A stretch of DNA of 59,984 bases, taken from NCBI GenBank assembly GCA_034661075.1, contig JAYEKP010000098.1:1-59984 (forward strand), read 5' to 3'. This DNA comes from Bacteroidota bacterium (GTDB lineage Bacteria > Bacteroidota > Bacteroidia > Bacteroidales > UBA12077). The notes beneath the pieces are model-generated. The model did not search any database. It was given only the letters and a program-made list of their open reading frames with translations, and was not told where the DNA came from. This document shows positions 24,101 to 31,350 of the stretch, one piece after another; position 1 is the first letter of the stretch; each line of letters starts with the position of its first letter. Both the position numbers and the translations under genes were made by a program.

Positions 24101-27100
24101 ATTAGTGAGTCCGCTAACTATTAAAAACGACCTTACTATTGCAAGCGGAGGAACCCTGGATGCCAATATTAATTTTGATATACCGATAACCATTGAGGGT
24201 AATTTTGACAATTCAGGAATCTATGAGCATCGAAATAACTTAACTACATTTAGTGGAGGTACTCAACAGATTTTGGGAAGTGCTGCAATTGAATTCTATG
24301 ATTTAAAGGTTGATCCTGTAACAAGTTTGACCTTAGATCGTGATGCAAATGTTCAGAATAATTTGATGATTAGCAGGGGAACATTGGTTTGTGATGTGAA
24401 TTCAGTTTATGTTCAAGGTAATGTAACTAATAATTCAACTTATAGTGACAATAACGCAGGATTGATACTAAATGGTACTAAAAAACAGCAATTAATTTCT
24501 GGGACAGGTACTTTTGGCCGCTTGGAATTGAATAATTCACAAGGTGCCAGAATAGAAAATAATCTTTCTTTGCAAGATGATTTGATATTAACTAAAGGAA
24601 TTTTGGACATCAATAATAAACTTTTAACCTTAGGCCCTTCAAGCAACATCTTGGGTGCCCCTTTTGATGAAACTAAAATGATTATTTCCGATGGAGTATT
24701 TAGTGATATAGGTTTACGTAAGTACTTTAATATATATTCAGGTGCAAATCAGACTTTTACTTTCCCAATAGGTACTTCAGGGAAATATACTCCGGCAATT
24801 TTAACATATTCAGATATTGCCAATGTAGGTTATATTCGTATTAATAATATTAATGATAATCATCCTGGTGTTTTTGATGAATCAAATGTACTTGATTATT
24901 ATTGGGAGGTTGAAAGTGATGGAATAACAGGGTTTAATGGAAGTCTCTTATTTAACTATCTCGAAGAAGATATTGAGGTTACTGGCTCAAATACCGAAGC
25001 TGATTATATAGCTGCAGCATTATTACTACCAGGTACAAGTTGGTCAAAAGCTGCACCGGGTGCTGGTACCGATAGGGTTGATGAAAACAATAATACAATT
25101 ACTTTTAATTTTGCCGGAACAAATTCTTTGTCAGGCGAATTTACCGCTGGTATTGATAATGCATTACCCGATAATGTACCTGAGTTTACCAGTATTAATG
25201 ATGGCGATTGGTCTGATTCCGATAATTGGGTTCAAACAGGAGGGGATACATTTGAATTAACAGGAGCTCCCAACGGTTTTATTATAGTTATTGATTCTGA
25301 TGATGAAGTTTCTACAGATATTAATTACGCATCTGCTTATAGAATAACTATTAATGGAGAACTTAAAGTAAATAAGCCTACTTATGGACACAATCTTGGT
25401 ACGGTTTCAGGAACGGGAACCTTATATCTTGAAAGCGGAATGTTCCCTGCTGGCCGTTATACCGATTTTCTGGATTGTGCAAACAACGCTACCCTCAAAT
25501 ATGGAGGAACTGGAACCTATAATTTAATAGCGGATCTGTATTCTTCTGTTCCAAACTTACATTTTACAGGAACAGGGACAAGAATTTTACCTAATAAAGA
25601 CCTTACTATCTGCAACCAATTATTAATCGATGGGCCTACATTGGATAATAGTGCAAATAATAGAAAGTTAATTATTCAGGGAACCATGGAACGTTATAAT
25701 ACCGGCGCATTTAACAGTGGTACCGGAGCAAACGCTACGGTAAGTTTCGTAGGTTCTGCTGCTCAAACCATAGGTGGTACTCTGGGCGATTTTACAGGAA
25801 CCAATGCATTTAATAACCTGGAAATTAATAATAGTGCCGGCTTAACCGTAAATTCAGGAGGTGCCATTGAGGTGGGCGGTAATTTGTTATTAACCAACGG
25901 GAATATTGTTACTTCCTCAACCAATACATTTACCATTACAAATGATGCTATAAATTGTGTATTTCCTGCCGGAGGAAGTTTTTCTTCATACGTAGACGGG
26001 CCTTTAACCAAGTATATCCGACAGGGAGATGATTTTAAATTCCCCATTGGTAAAGGCGATACATTAGGCAATAAACTTACATTATCATCCATTCGTCTGG
26101 GTACCATTGCCTGGACAGCCGAATTTTTTACACCAAACCCAACCTATACTGATTTTGCAAGTCCGTTAACTTACGTAAATTCTAAGGAATATTGGACCAT
26201 AACAGCAAATGATGGAGATGAGGCTAAGGTGGGATTGGATTGGGATCCACAAAGTGATTTAACCCCGCTGATGACACAGAATGGTTTGAGTGATATGCGT
26301 GTTGTAGGTTTTAACACGGGAACAACACAATGGGAAGAAATATCCTCTACTCAAAGTGGAGATTATAATAATGGTACCGTAACTACATCAACTGAAATTA
26401 TTATTCCTGCGAGTGGATCAAGTGATTTTACAACCGCTTGTGTAAATGTTACCAAACCACGGGCAAGATTAAATCCTTCAGGAGCTGTTTGTGGCGACGA
26501 AGGCATTCCTGTTGCATTTACCGGTGTGGATGCAAGTGATTTGGATTATGTGTTAACTTATGAAAAAGGGGGTGTTTTACAGCCTTCTGTTACTATTACT
26601 TCAGCTGATTTGCCTTATATCTTGCCAACAGATGCCATTGGTACTACTTATGAGTTAATTAGTTTTACCTATAATGAGCCCGTTAGTCCTAAATCAGGGG
26701 TTGTTGATCCGGCAATAATTACAACATATACGGTTCCAACTACTGCTGATGCAGGCAATGATCAGTCGATTTGTGGGGGAACTTCAGCGGTTATGGATGG
26801 AAATACACCGGGTGTTGGTACAGGCCAGTGGAGTGTGGTAAGTGGTACCGGAGGATCATTTGTAGATCCAACCAACCCTACCACAACGTTTAACGGAACC
26901 AATGGTACGACTTATACCTTGCGATGGACGATTACCAATGGAGACTGTTTTTCTACAGATGATGTTGTAATAGCATTTCCATTGTTTCCCGAACAACCTG
27001 ATGATTTTACCACGAGTTCGGCAATTGTTTGCCAGGGAGATGAAGATGTAGAATATACCGTTCCTAATGATCCTTCGGTTACATATACCTGGGGTTATGA

Positions 27101-27599
27101 TGTTGGTACTGGAGCTACAATTGTTGGATCAGGAAATAGCGTTACGGTTGATTTTGCAAACAATGCTACAAGTGGAACATTATATGTATTTGCAACCAAT
27201 GGTTGTGGTGATAGCGATCGAAGAGAAATTGATGTAACTGTAAATGAGATGCCACAATTAACCATTACAGTTGACCCCCTTGTAGATACAATATGCGATG
27301 GAGAAACAACGCGTTTAGAAATTGACTTTACAGCTGGTTCAGGCACCTATGATTTTACAATTACTGATGGAACAAATAGTGAAGATTTATCTGGTATTAC
27401 CGATGATCCATATACTTATGAAAAGGCACTGAATTGGGTAGATGATGGGACTCCCGATACTGATTATAATTTTATCATTACAACTATTACCGATAGTAAT
27501 GGTTGTAGCAATACCAACCTGGGGAGCGAAGCTGTAAAAGTTTTTAAAATCCCGGGTTCTGGAGATGTTTACCATATTTCCAACGATTGGAATAATTAA
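18135..27599 (+). CDS. Giant secreted adhesin-like protein (3154 aa)
   Basis: Sec signal ending TFA-Q. N-terminal MAM/cleaved-adhesin-like jelly-roll (WQGSWDYWWLVDDV), LamG-like lectin domain (LVYWLRGD..WADQS..IAELIYY), three G8/beta-helix-like modules, C-terminal Ig/PKD-like repeats. No type A or B CTD. Domain names are by-eye inference. Confidence 0.85.
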   Translation: MFKNYYHMIKLRRFLFLVLFIGISLNTFAQTVILSEDFNGSFPAGWSNIVIDGPPRFPGWEWTDVGGNHGGQLNSTTSANGYMILDSDQYGIVGVGVNEDAELISPSFDCSDKDIINFSVEHWARSYGNANITISVSSDNFTTEDIIYNWSGGIDETNGANPVVSNFDISAYAARESNVKIKFKWQGSWDYWWLVDDVQITGLEAPIGNTTDLVYWLRGDLGVTGATPITNWADQSLNGNDATPGGTGPDQIVSPDMNNQEVMSFDGNRELNIADDPRINTGTGYDGTERTMFVAFQTGADVTSTQYIYEQGENVNGIGVYIKNGNLYVTAYNNDAADRVTVYESVSTNTPYILSFNWNNGALSAKLNNVNFTNQSSTGNINSINSHLGDISIGFTDGTTRDETGTSVGGGLNFSGKIAELIYYDAALTEVDEVEINNYLGDRYGVDVSVDYDYDIYYSYQTGDWDDPDTWTFDLGGTTLTPTDIPNKNDKVVILNDRTVTLTTDVDTAGLDITVKEGAVLDLASYTFTNGIATLQGQGTFKLASVNYPSVTSNLFVLAGGGTTEYYNAANFTLPPAQTEYNHLRINTPGPGFTATQLNNITLNGDLHVKQGTYQINDNSAACRQLTIHGDVLVDNGASITTGTGNTVSGIEDGGTAPFTNYYDLNSHRVVVYGDFTNNGTVRFTNQSYPVYNAFPTDGMATVYFMGATNNTLHCNGTTDFYNLVLDKGIDQTYKLSLYSTAYQNFRLFGRNDIGGENGGANPDLRKALWIRTGTLELKGMTIIPSLTEANTGGSPNGDFYVPANAALHISGSEVIVLSTADDYREVNLAYGVSATSNDQIGVRTSGGTQSFSIYGKLQIDNGVFSTRESGGIITWDVSSGVLVINGGIVDVKQYRSAGTSGGLASYTQSGGTFLLRGRFQRTPTAYSSIANLKDFSTATLNTTRETGGLQGNLGTFNINEAPNVFSMSGGTIRIYDVCGTGESEAFQVFSDENNNSVTGGTLEIVPTAGTTGTDATEFRIETTADLYNLSINRASSTASVDVNLYDLTVINDLTITSGEFVANDYDITIGGDFIVENGTTYTPGNNWTIFNGTGTQSFEINTGSALDLYKFMLDKPSGYVLTIAGTQNVLNVVDSLMIQKGTLADGGKTIYMNGSLLYNSGVHEGTGKIVMNATSPQIITGDGNGVFENIELNNTDGSAAPVSLGANTTINGTLTFSQDNLFDISTYRLTFGADATVVNAGTNRFIQTAGNAGDGGVSKVYSTSSTSFTFPVGAPSTSHAAAAEYSPATLSFSTNPTTFGTITVVPVGYEHPNTTNKNRSLTYFWRTKSEGFTLGSAVINHAYTYSDNDVIDNGTTITEDEYVAAMYDNASYTWTKYNVTDVEDGTNTIGGTGTSLASLNYIDGEFTAGDDTPIADDPFGTPVVYYSVADGFWGDASTWSNTSGGTPGAGVPGQNDVVIIENNHTVELEHNGADYPMNYDVRSCATLKIEEGSVLDIKSNTASTFSTVLSHPNGNGLFRVTTEKAPDNSEPQFFTFPSGDFSDFNLNGGTTEYYDIDGTVGALYILPPNVTQYGNLILTARGGANLVLPNNSYTTINGDFTCTGNQTIAWIAMSWNTTVGPYYTDDYDPTLEKTVHIKGDMLVDAGSFEFFNDEAVQHLIVEGDLTIAEGAVLETYGDYPFATPVVTNTIKIGGSLTNNGTFRLRRNAEGRTYIVNATFYGGNTSRITNTAGTPTTIFNDVTVNKGTSQADSLIVDIEGTLSTPTDAWLTLENGTFYYEHDGDLRITEDSQFTIPATAALSINSPGNTVYLANDNVNDNDVYLNGKLTIIDGDVFIGQPGAPSNNNDIEYSGGGNSTIDIQGGSLTVNGQIRRNPSTSTGILKYNQSGGAVTINGRNTITENAKLEILNNGSEFNMSGGTLTIVRGGGGGGGGGGGTFGDLYLRPDNSTVTGGEIIFNPGAAGAQNFIFDADIPIWDLTVNTDANVELLVSPLTIKNDLTIASGGTLDANINFDIPITIEGNFDNSGIYEHRNNLTTFSGGTQQILGSAAIEFYDLKVDPVTSLTLDRDANVQNNLMISRGTLVCDVNSVYVQGNVTNNSTYSDNNAGLILNGTKKQQLISGTGTFGRLELNNSQGARIENNLSLQDDLILTKGILDINNKLLTLGPSSNILGAPFDETKMIISDGVFSDIGLRKYFNIYSGANQTFTFPIGTSGKYTPAILTYSDIANVGYIRINNINDNHPGVFDESNVLDYYWEVESDGITGFNGSLLFNYLEEDIEVTGSNTEADYIAAALLLPGTSWSKAAPGAGTDRVDENNNTITFNFAGTNSLSGEFTAGIDNALPDNVPEFTSINDGDWSDSDNWVQTGGDTFELTGAPNGFIIVIDSDDEVSTDINYASAYRITINGELKVNKPTYGHNLGTVSGTGTLYLESGMFPAGRYTDFLDCANNATLKYGGTGTYNLIADLYSSVPNLHFTGTGTRILPNKDLTICNQLLIDGPTLDNSANNRKLIIQGTMERYNTGAFNSGTGANATVSFVGSAAQTIGGTLGDFTGTNAFNNLEINNSAGLTVNSGGAIEVGGNLLLTNGNIVTSSTNTFTITNDAINCVFPAGGSFSSYVDGPLTKYIRQGDDFKFPIGKGDTLGNKLTLSSIRLGTIAWTAEFFTPNPTYTDFASPLTYVNSKEYWTITANDGDEAKVGLDWDPQSDLTPLMTQNGLSDMRVVGFNTGTTQWEEISSTQSGDYNNGTVTTSTEIIIPASGSSDFTTACVNVTKPRARLNPSGAVCGDEGIPVAFTGVDASDLDYVLTYEKGGVLQPSVTITSADLPYILPTDAIGTTYELISFTYNEPVSPKSGVVDPAIITTYTVPTTADAGNDQSICGGTSAVMDGNTPGVGTGQWSVVSGTGGSFVDPTNPTTTFNGTNGTTYTLRWTITNGDCFSTDDVVIAFPLFPEQPDDFTTSSAIVCQGDEDVEYTVPNDPSVTYTWGYDVGTGATIVGSGNSVTVDFANNATSGTLYVFATNGCGDSDRREIDVTVNEMPQLTITVDPLVDTICDGETTRLEIDFTAGSGTYDFTITDGTNSEDLSGITDDPYTYEKALNWVDDGTPDTDYNFIITTITDSNGCSNTNLGSEAVKVFKIPGSGDVYHISNDWNN
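23913..23945 (+). repeat. (GGAGGT)n microsatellite encoding Gly11
   Basis: Four GGAGGT units plus GGA x3, in frame. Confidence 0.95.
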
Positions 27600-27649
27600 A
27601 AATATTTTTAGCAGGATAAATCTGCTAATCATAAAACGTTCTTTGAAAA

Positions 27650-28190
27650 GTACAGAAGACTTTTTTAACTACCTGTGGCAGTCCTGTCTGTTGAAAAAAT
27701 AAACAGCTTTAGCCGGTTTTTTTGGAAAAACTCATTGGGCTGGCAGAGAGACAAGGGTAAAAAAAGTGAGTAAATGCCGGAGACTGATGAATAAAATGAA
27801 AAAAAAATCCGGATTTATTAACAAACCTGGTTTTAAAAAAAATGCTACTGTTTAAAAAAAAAATTTTGGTAAGTCACGGTGTGAATTCCTGAATAAGGGT
27901 AGTTCATAGTTTTTTATAACTATAACTTGCAAAAGGCTCATTGTATCCGTCAAGCCGTTCTAATCGGCTAGACGGATTGTTAAAAGTACAGCAGACATTC
28001 TTGTCTGCTGAAAGAGTGAAGCATTTTTGTCTACTGTAATATACTCAGCGCACAGGACTGCCTAAACGGCAGTTAAAAATGTGCGCTGTACAGGCAGGGA
28101 TAAAAACACACGGGTTAACTCGTGTGTTATATTTGCGCCCCGTCCTGATCCCGATAGTTATCGGGATTATCGGGAGTTATCGGGATGGCG
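27650..28190. repeat. Composite REP-like hairpin cassette, copy B, with an extra partial unit and a palindrome array
   Basis: Hairpins at 27945-27977, 27989-28010, 28046-28088 and 28105-28128; partial unit at 27650-27693; atcccgatagttatcgggat with ttatcggga x3 at 28148-28186. Confidence 0.85.
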
Positions 28191-28566
28191 AGAAACAAAA
28201 AATGAGGGTATTGCCAGAAAATAAGAACGAGTTATCAAAAAAAAATACTATATTCGTCTATAGTAACTGTTTGTTAACGGAATATTTTTGGCATTTATCC
28301 TTTAAAATAATACATTTACACGTTTTTTTAATGGATTAATCAAAGGAAGGTTAAATAAAGAAACAAGATGTTTATAAAATCGTTAAATATATTTAGAAAA
28401 TTAACAAACTGTAAAATATTAAAAAATAATGCCTATGATGAAACATTAAAAATTAAATAAGTCCATAAAACAATGACTTAAATTACTATAATATATAAAT
28501 ATAATAACACATAAAAATTATTGAAAATTAAACATTTAATTAAATACAAACTTAAATTTTGAGATT

Positions 28567-29514
28567 ATGAAAAAAACAAACTTTTTTAAAATGGTAATGA
28601 CGCTTGTTATGGCGTTTATGGTTACAGGAGCTTTTGCTCAGGTGTACGAAGATGGTAATTACACTGAGAATCAGTTAGAAGATATTTACCAGACAGCTGG
28701 TTCTGATTTTGGTCTTTATGTCATACCAGATGCAAATTATAGTCCAGAATATACTACCAATGGAACAATTGGTGCAGGTGTAGAATGGACATGGACATTT
28801 GATGCTGGTCTTGGAACAGCATCAGTTACAAGTGGAACTGCTCAAAGTTCAAATTATGTGGAATTTACGAATCCTACAACTACTGGCTCACCTTATACTG
28901 TAGATGTTGAGGAATCAAACACAGCTGTTGCTTGTACTGGTGGTGGTATAAGTCAAAAAATAAATGTTATAGATGCTCCTTCAGCTCAAATTACAACATC
29001 TGATCCAGCTACAGCTTGTGGTAACCAAGCTGCTAATTCTGTAACAATTGAATTTACAGAAGATGTACCTTCTGCTCTTGCAGGTTATGCATTTGCTGTG
29101 ACAGAAACTGTTGATAATTTATCGGATCTAGGTGGTAGCCCTACCGTTAATAATGTATCAAGTACTGTAGATTTTGTTGACTATCCAACAACTAATAAAC
29201 TGAATACAATGAATGATTTGACAGGTGCAGCATCTCCTTATTCTTATTCTTTTAATACATCTGCTCTTGATTTGCAAAATAATAAGATTACTAGGTATAC
29301 TTACACTATTGTAAAAGCAACTGATGCACCAGTTGCTGCTGATGATGGTCTAATCTCTGCAATAAGTCAGAAATCAGAATATATTAGTAATGTTATTAAT
29401 GGTAATGTCTTAACTACATATTCTTTTGGAGCAAAAACAACTTATGTTGCGATTGTCGTTCCGACTCCTGAAACAGGACCAATTTATCATATACCTAATA
29501 ATTTTGCGTATTAA
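28567..29514 (+). CDS. Secreted two-Ig-domain-like protein; candidate major filament subunit
   Basis: Signal peptide ending AFA-Q; T/S/A/V-rich beta composition; ends PETGPIYHIPNNFAY, matching the giant protein's C-terminus. CDS is secure, role is inferred. Confidence 0.75.
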   Translation: MKKTNFFKMVMTLVMAFMVTGAFAQVYEDGNYTENQLEDIYQTAGSDFGLYVIPDANYSPEYTTNGTIGAGVEWTWTFDAGLGTASVTSGTAQSSNYVEFTNPTTTGSPYTVDVEESNTAVACTGGGISQKINVIDAPSAQITTSDPATACGNQAANSVTIEFTEDVPSALAGYAFAVTETVDNLSDLGGSPTVNNVSSTVDFVDYPTTNKLNTMNDLTGAASPYSYSFNTSALDLQNNKITRYTYTIVKATDAPVAADDGLISAISQKSEYISNVINGNVLTTYSFGAKTTYVAIVVPTPETGPIYHIPNNFAY

Positions 29515-29558
29515 TTAGTGATAGAATTATAAGTGAACACAAAATAACTCAAAAAATT

Positions 29559-29597
29559 GAACTGGTTTAGGAGCTTACTCTCCTAAGCTAGTTCTTT
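29559..29597 (+). terminator. Strong hairpin after the 315-aa gene (terminator / mRNA stabiliser)
   Basis: 15-bp stem gaactggtttaggag/ctcctaagctagttc with two G-U pairs and a short TTT tail. Confidence 0.7.
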
Positions 29598-29610
29598 AAA
29601 AAAAGCATAC

Positions 29611-29997
29611 ATGCAAAAAAATATTAAATATTGGATTGAATTGTCTGATTATGACATGGAAACGGCAGAAGCTATGCTCAATAGCAAAAGATTTCTGTAT
29701 GTGGGCTTTCTGTGCCACCAGACAATAGAAAAGATATTTAAAGCATATTATACGCATGTAAAATAAGAAACAGCGCCATTCTCTCATAGTTTATCCTACC
29801 TGGCAAAAAAGGGAGATTTTTACGATCTTTTTACCGAAAGCCAGAAGGATTTTATCGATCAGATTGAACCATTGAATATCGAAGCAAGGTATCCATCGCA
29901 TAATGAAAGGTTAATGCAAAGCCTTACCGAACAAAAATGCATGGAAATAATTAAGCATACAAAAGAGATTCAATCGTGGATAAAAACGAGGTTATAG
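29611..29997 (+). pseudogene. HEPN domain gene with an internal stop (missed by the ORF track)
   Basis: MQKNIKYWIELSDYDMETAEAML..YVGFLCHQTIEKIFKA..VK*ETAPFSHSL..NIEARYP..WIKTRL; TAA at 29764-29766. Confidence 0.88.
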
Positions 29998-30278
29998 AAA
30001 AAGTTAAAGCTTATAAAGCATTATTGAAAAATCATTTCAATATGCACTCGGTATATCTTTTTGGTTCGTATGCTAAAGATAACCACACAGAAGATAGTGA
30101 TATTGATGTGGCGGTTATTGTTGATCAGGTCGATGGCGATTTTTTTGCGATTAATCCTTTACTGTGGAAATTGAGAAGGCAAATTGATGATCGAATTGAA
30201 CCGATCATTATTGAAAAAAAATACGATGATGCAAATTTCCTGGATGAAGTTATTCGGACAGGCATTGAAATAAAATAA
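29976..30278 (+). CDS. Minimal nucleotidyltransferase (MNT), HEPN-MNT antitoxin
   Basis: YLFGSYAK..EDSDIDVAV motif; overlaps the HEPN 3' end; GTG start. Confidence 0.92.
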   Translation: MDKNEVIEKVKAYKALLKNHFNMHSVYLFGSYAKDNHTEDSDIDVAVIVDQVDGDFFAINPLLWKLRRQIDDRIEPIIIEKKYDDANFLDEVIRTGIEIK

Positions 30279-30303
30279 AAAGCATAACAATAAATTTAAT
30301 CCT

Positions 30304-31314
30304 TTGAAAAAATATCATAACAGATTATCATTTTTAGTTATTCTAATGTTAGGATTAGGATTAAAAGGTTATACTCAATCTGATTTGCCGGTAGCCTGTG
30401 GTGGCGAAACAGTTCGCTGCGGTGTGGTAGGCGATAACGGCAATTCTGTGTTTTTCTGGGAAGTTACAGGAGGCACCATTATTAATAATTATAACGATTC
30501 AGTGGATATTCAATGGACATCGGTTGATGGGATGAGAACCATTACAGTTACTGAAACCAACTTGTATGGTTGCGAAGGCGAGCCATATTCTCAGCAACTG
30601 CTGGTTTCGTCGCCTTTTGTTGACTTAGGTGGGGATGGAGAAGTTTGTGCGGGTGAAACGTATGAATTTTTTGCTTCGGCAGATGATGTTTCCTCTTACC
30701 TGTGGCAGGACGGAAGCTCCGGAGAAACTTTTATTACCTCCGAAGAGGGCGATTACTGGGTACGTGTTGTCGATGAGTATGGATGTGTATCATCCGATAC
30801 CGCAGGTTTAATTGTTCATCCGTTACCGGATGTTGATTTAGGGCATGACACCACACTTACTGCCGACGATCAGCAAATTACCTTTGATGTGAGTGAGTAT
30901 GGTACGTTCTACGATTGGTTTGATGGTAGCAATGCTTCAACCTATACGGCATATACTCAATTAGAAACCCAGGAAATTTGGGTTAAAGTAACCAGTGAAT
31001 ATGGTTGTGTGGGTGCAGATACCGTGTATGTTGAATTTGGTGAATTTACAATCCCAACTGCTTTTACACCTAACAACGACGGGCATAACGATGTTTGGAA
31101 AATTGATTTCTTATTTTGCTTTCCAGATGTTACTGTTGATGTTTATAATCGTTGGGGCGAACGGGTATTCCATTCTAAAGGATATTCATCCGATAAACAT
31201 TGGGATGGTACCGATGAAAAGGGTAAGAAATTACCTATGGATGCCTATTATTACGTAATTGACTTGCATAATGGAGAAACACCAAAAGTGGGTCATATAA
31301 CCATTATTCGTTAA
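30304..31314 (+). CDS. Small secreted Ig/PKD-like protein with T9SS type B (gliding-motility-associated) C-terminal domain
   Basis: IPTAFTPNNDGHNDVW..VYNRWGERVF..WDG..YYYVI..GHITIIR; Y.WQDGS Ig repeats; signal peptide; TTG start. Confidence 0.92.
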   Translation: MKKYHNRLSFLVILMLGLGLKGYTQSDLPVACGGETVRCGVVGDNGNSVFFWEVTGGTIINNYNDSVDIQWTSVDGMRTITVTETNLYGCEGEPYSQQLLVSSPFVDLGGDGEVCAGETYEFFASADDVSSYLWQDGSSGETFITSEEGDYWVRVVDEYGCVSSDTAGLIVHPLPDVDLGHDTTLTADDQQITFDVSEYGTFYDWFDGSNASTYTAYTQLETQEIWVKVTSEYGCVGADTVYVEFGEFTIPTAFTPNNDGHNDVWKIDFLFCFPDVTVDVYNRWGERVFHSKGYSSDKHWDGTDEKGKKLPMDAYYYVIDLHNGETPKVGHITIIR

Positions 31315-31350
31315 ATGTTTGTAACTTAGTAGGAAAGAATTTTTATAAGC

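Noticed and set aside
17477-28128. Diversity-generating retroelement TR/VR pair
   Set aside because: Both copies are non-coding, differences are not adenine-specific, and there is no reverse transcriptase in the window
28079-28339. 86-aa ORF
   Set aside because: Reads through palindromic repeats (IPIVIGIIGSYRD); likely spurious
28567-29514. Type V (Mfa/FimA) pilin
   Set aside because: Has an SPI-type AFA-Q signal, not the lipoprotein Cys expected for type V pilins
29596-29787. 63-aa minus-strand ORF
   Set aside because: Antisense shadow of the HEPN pseudogene
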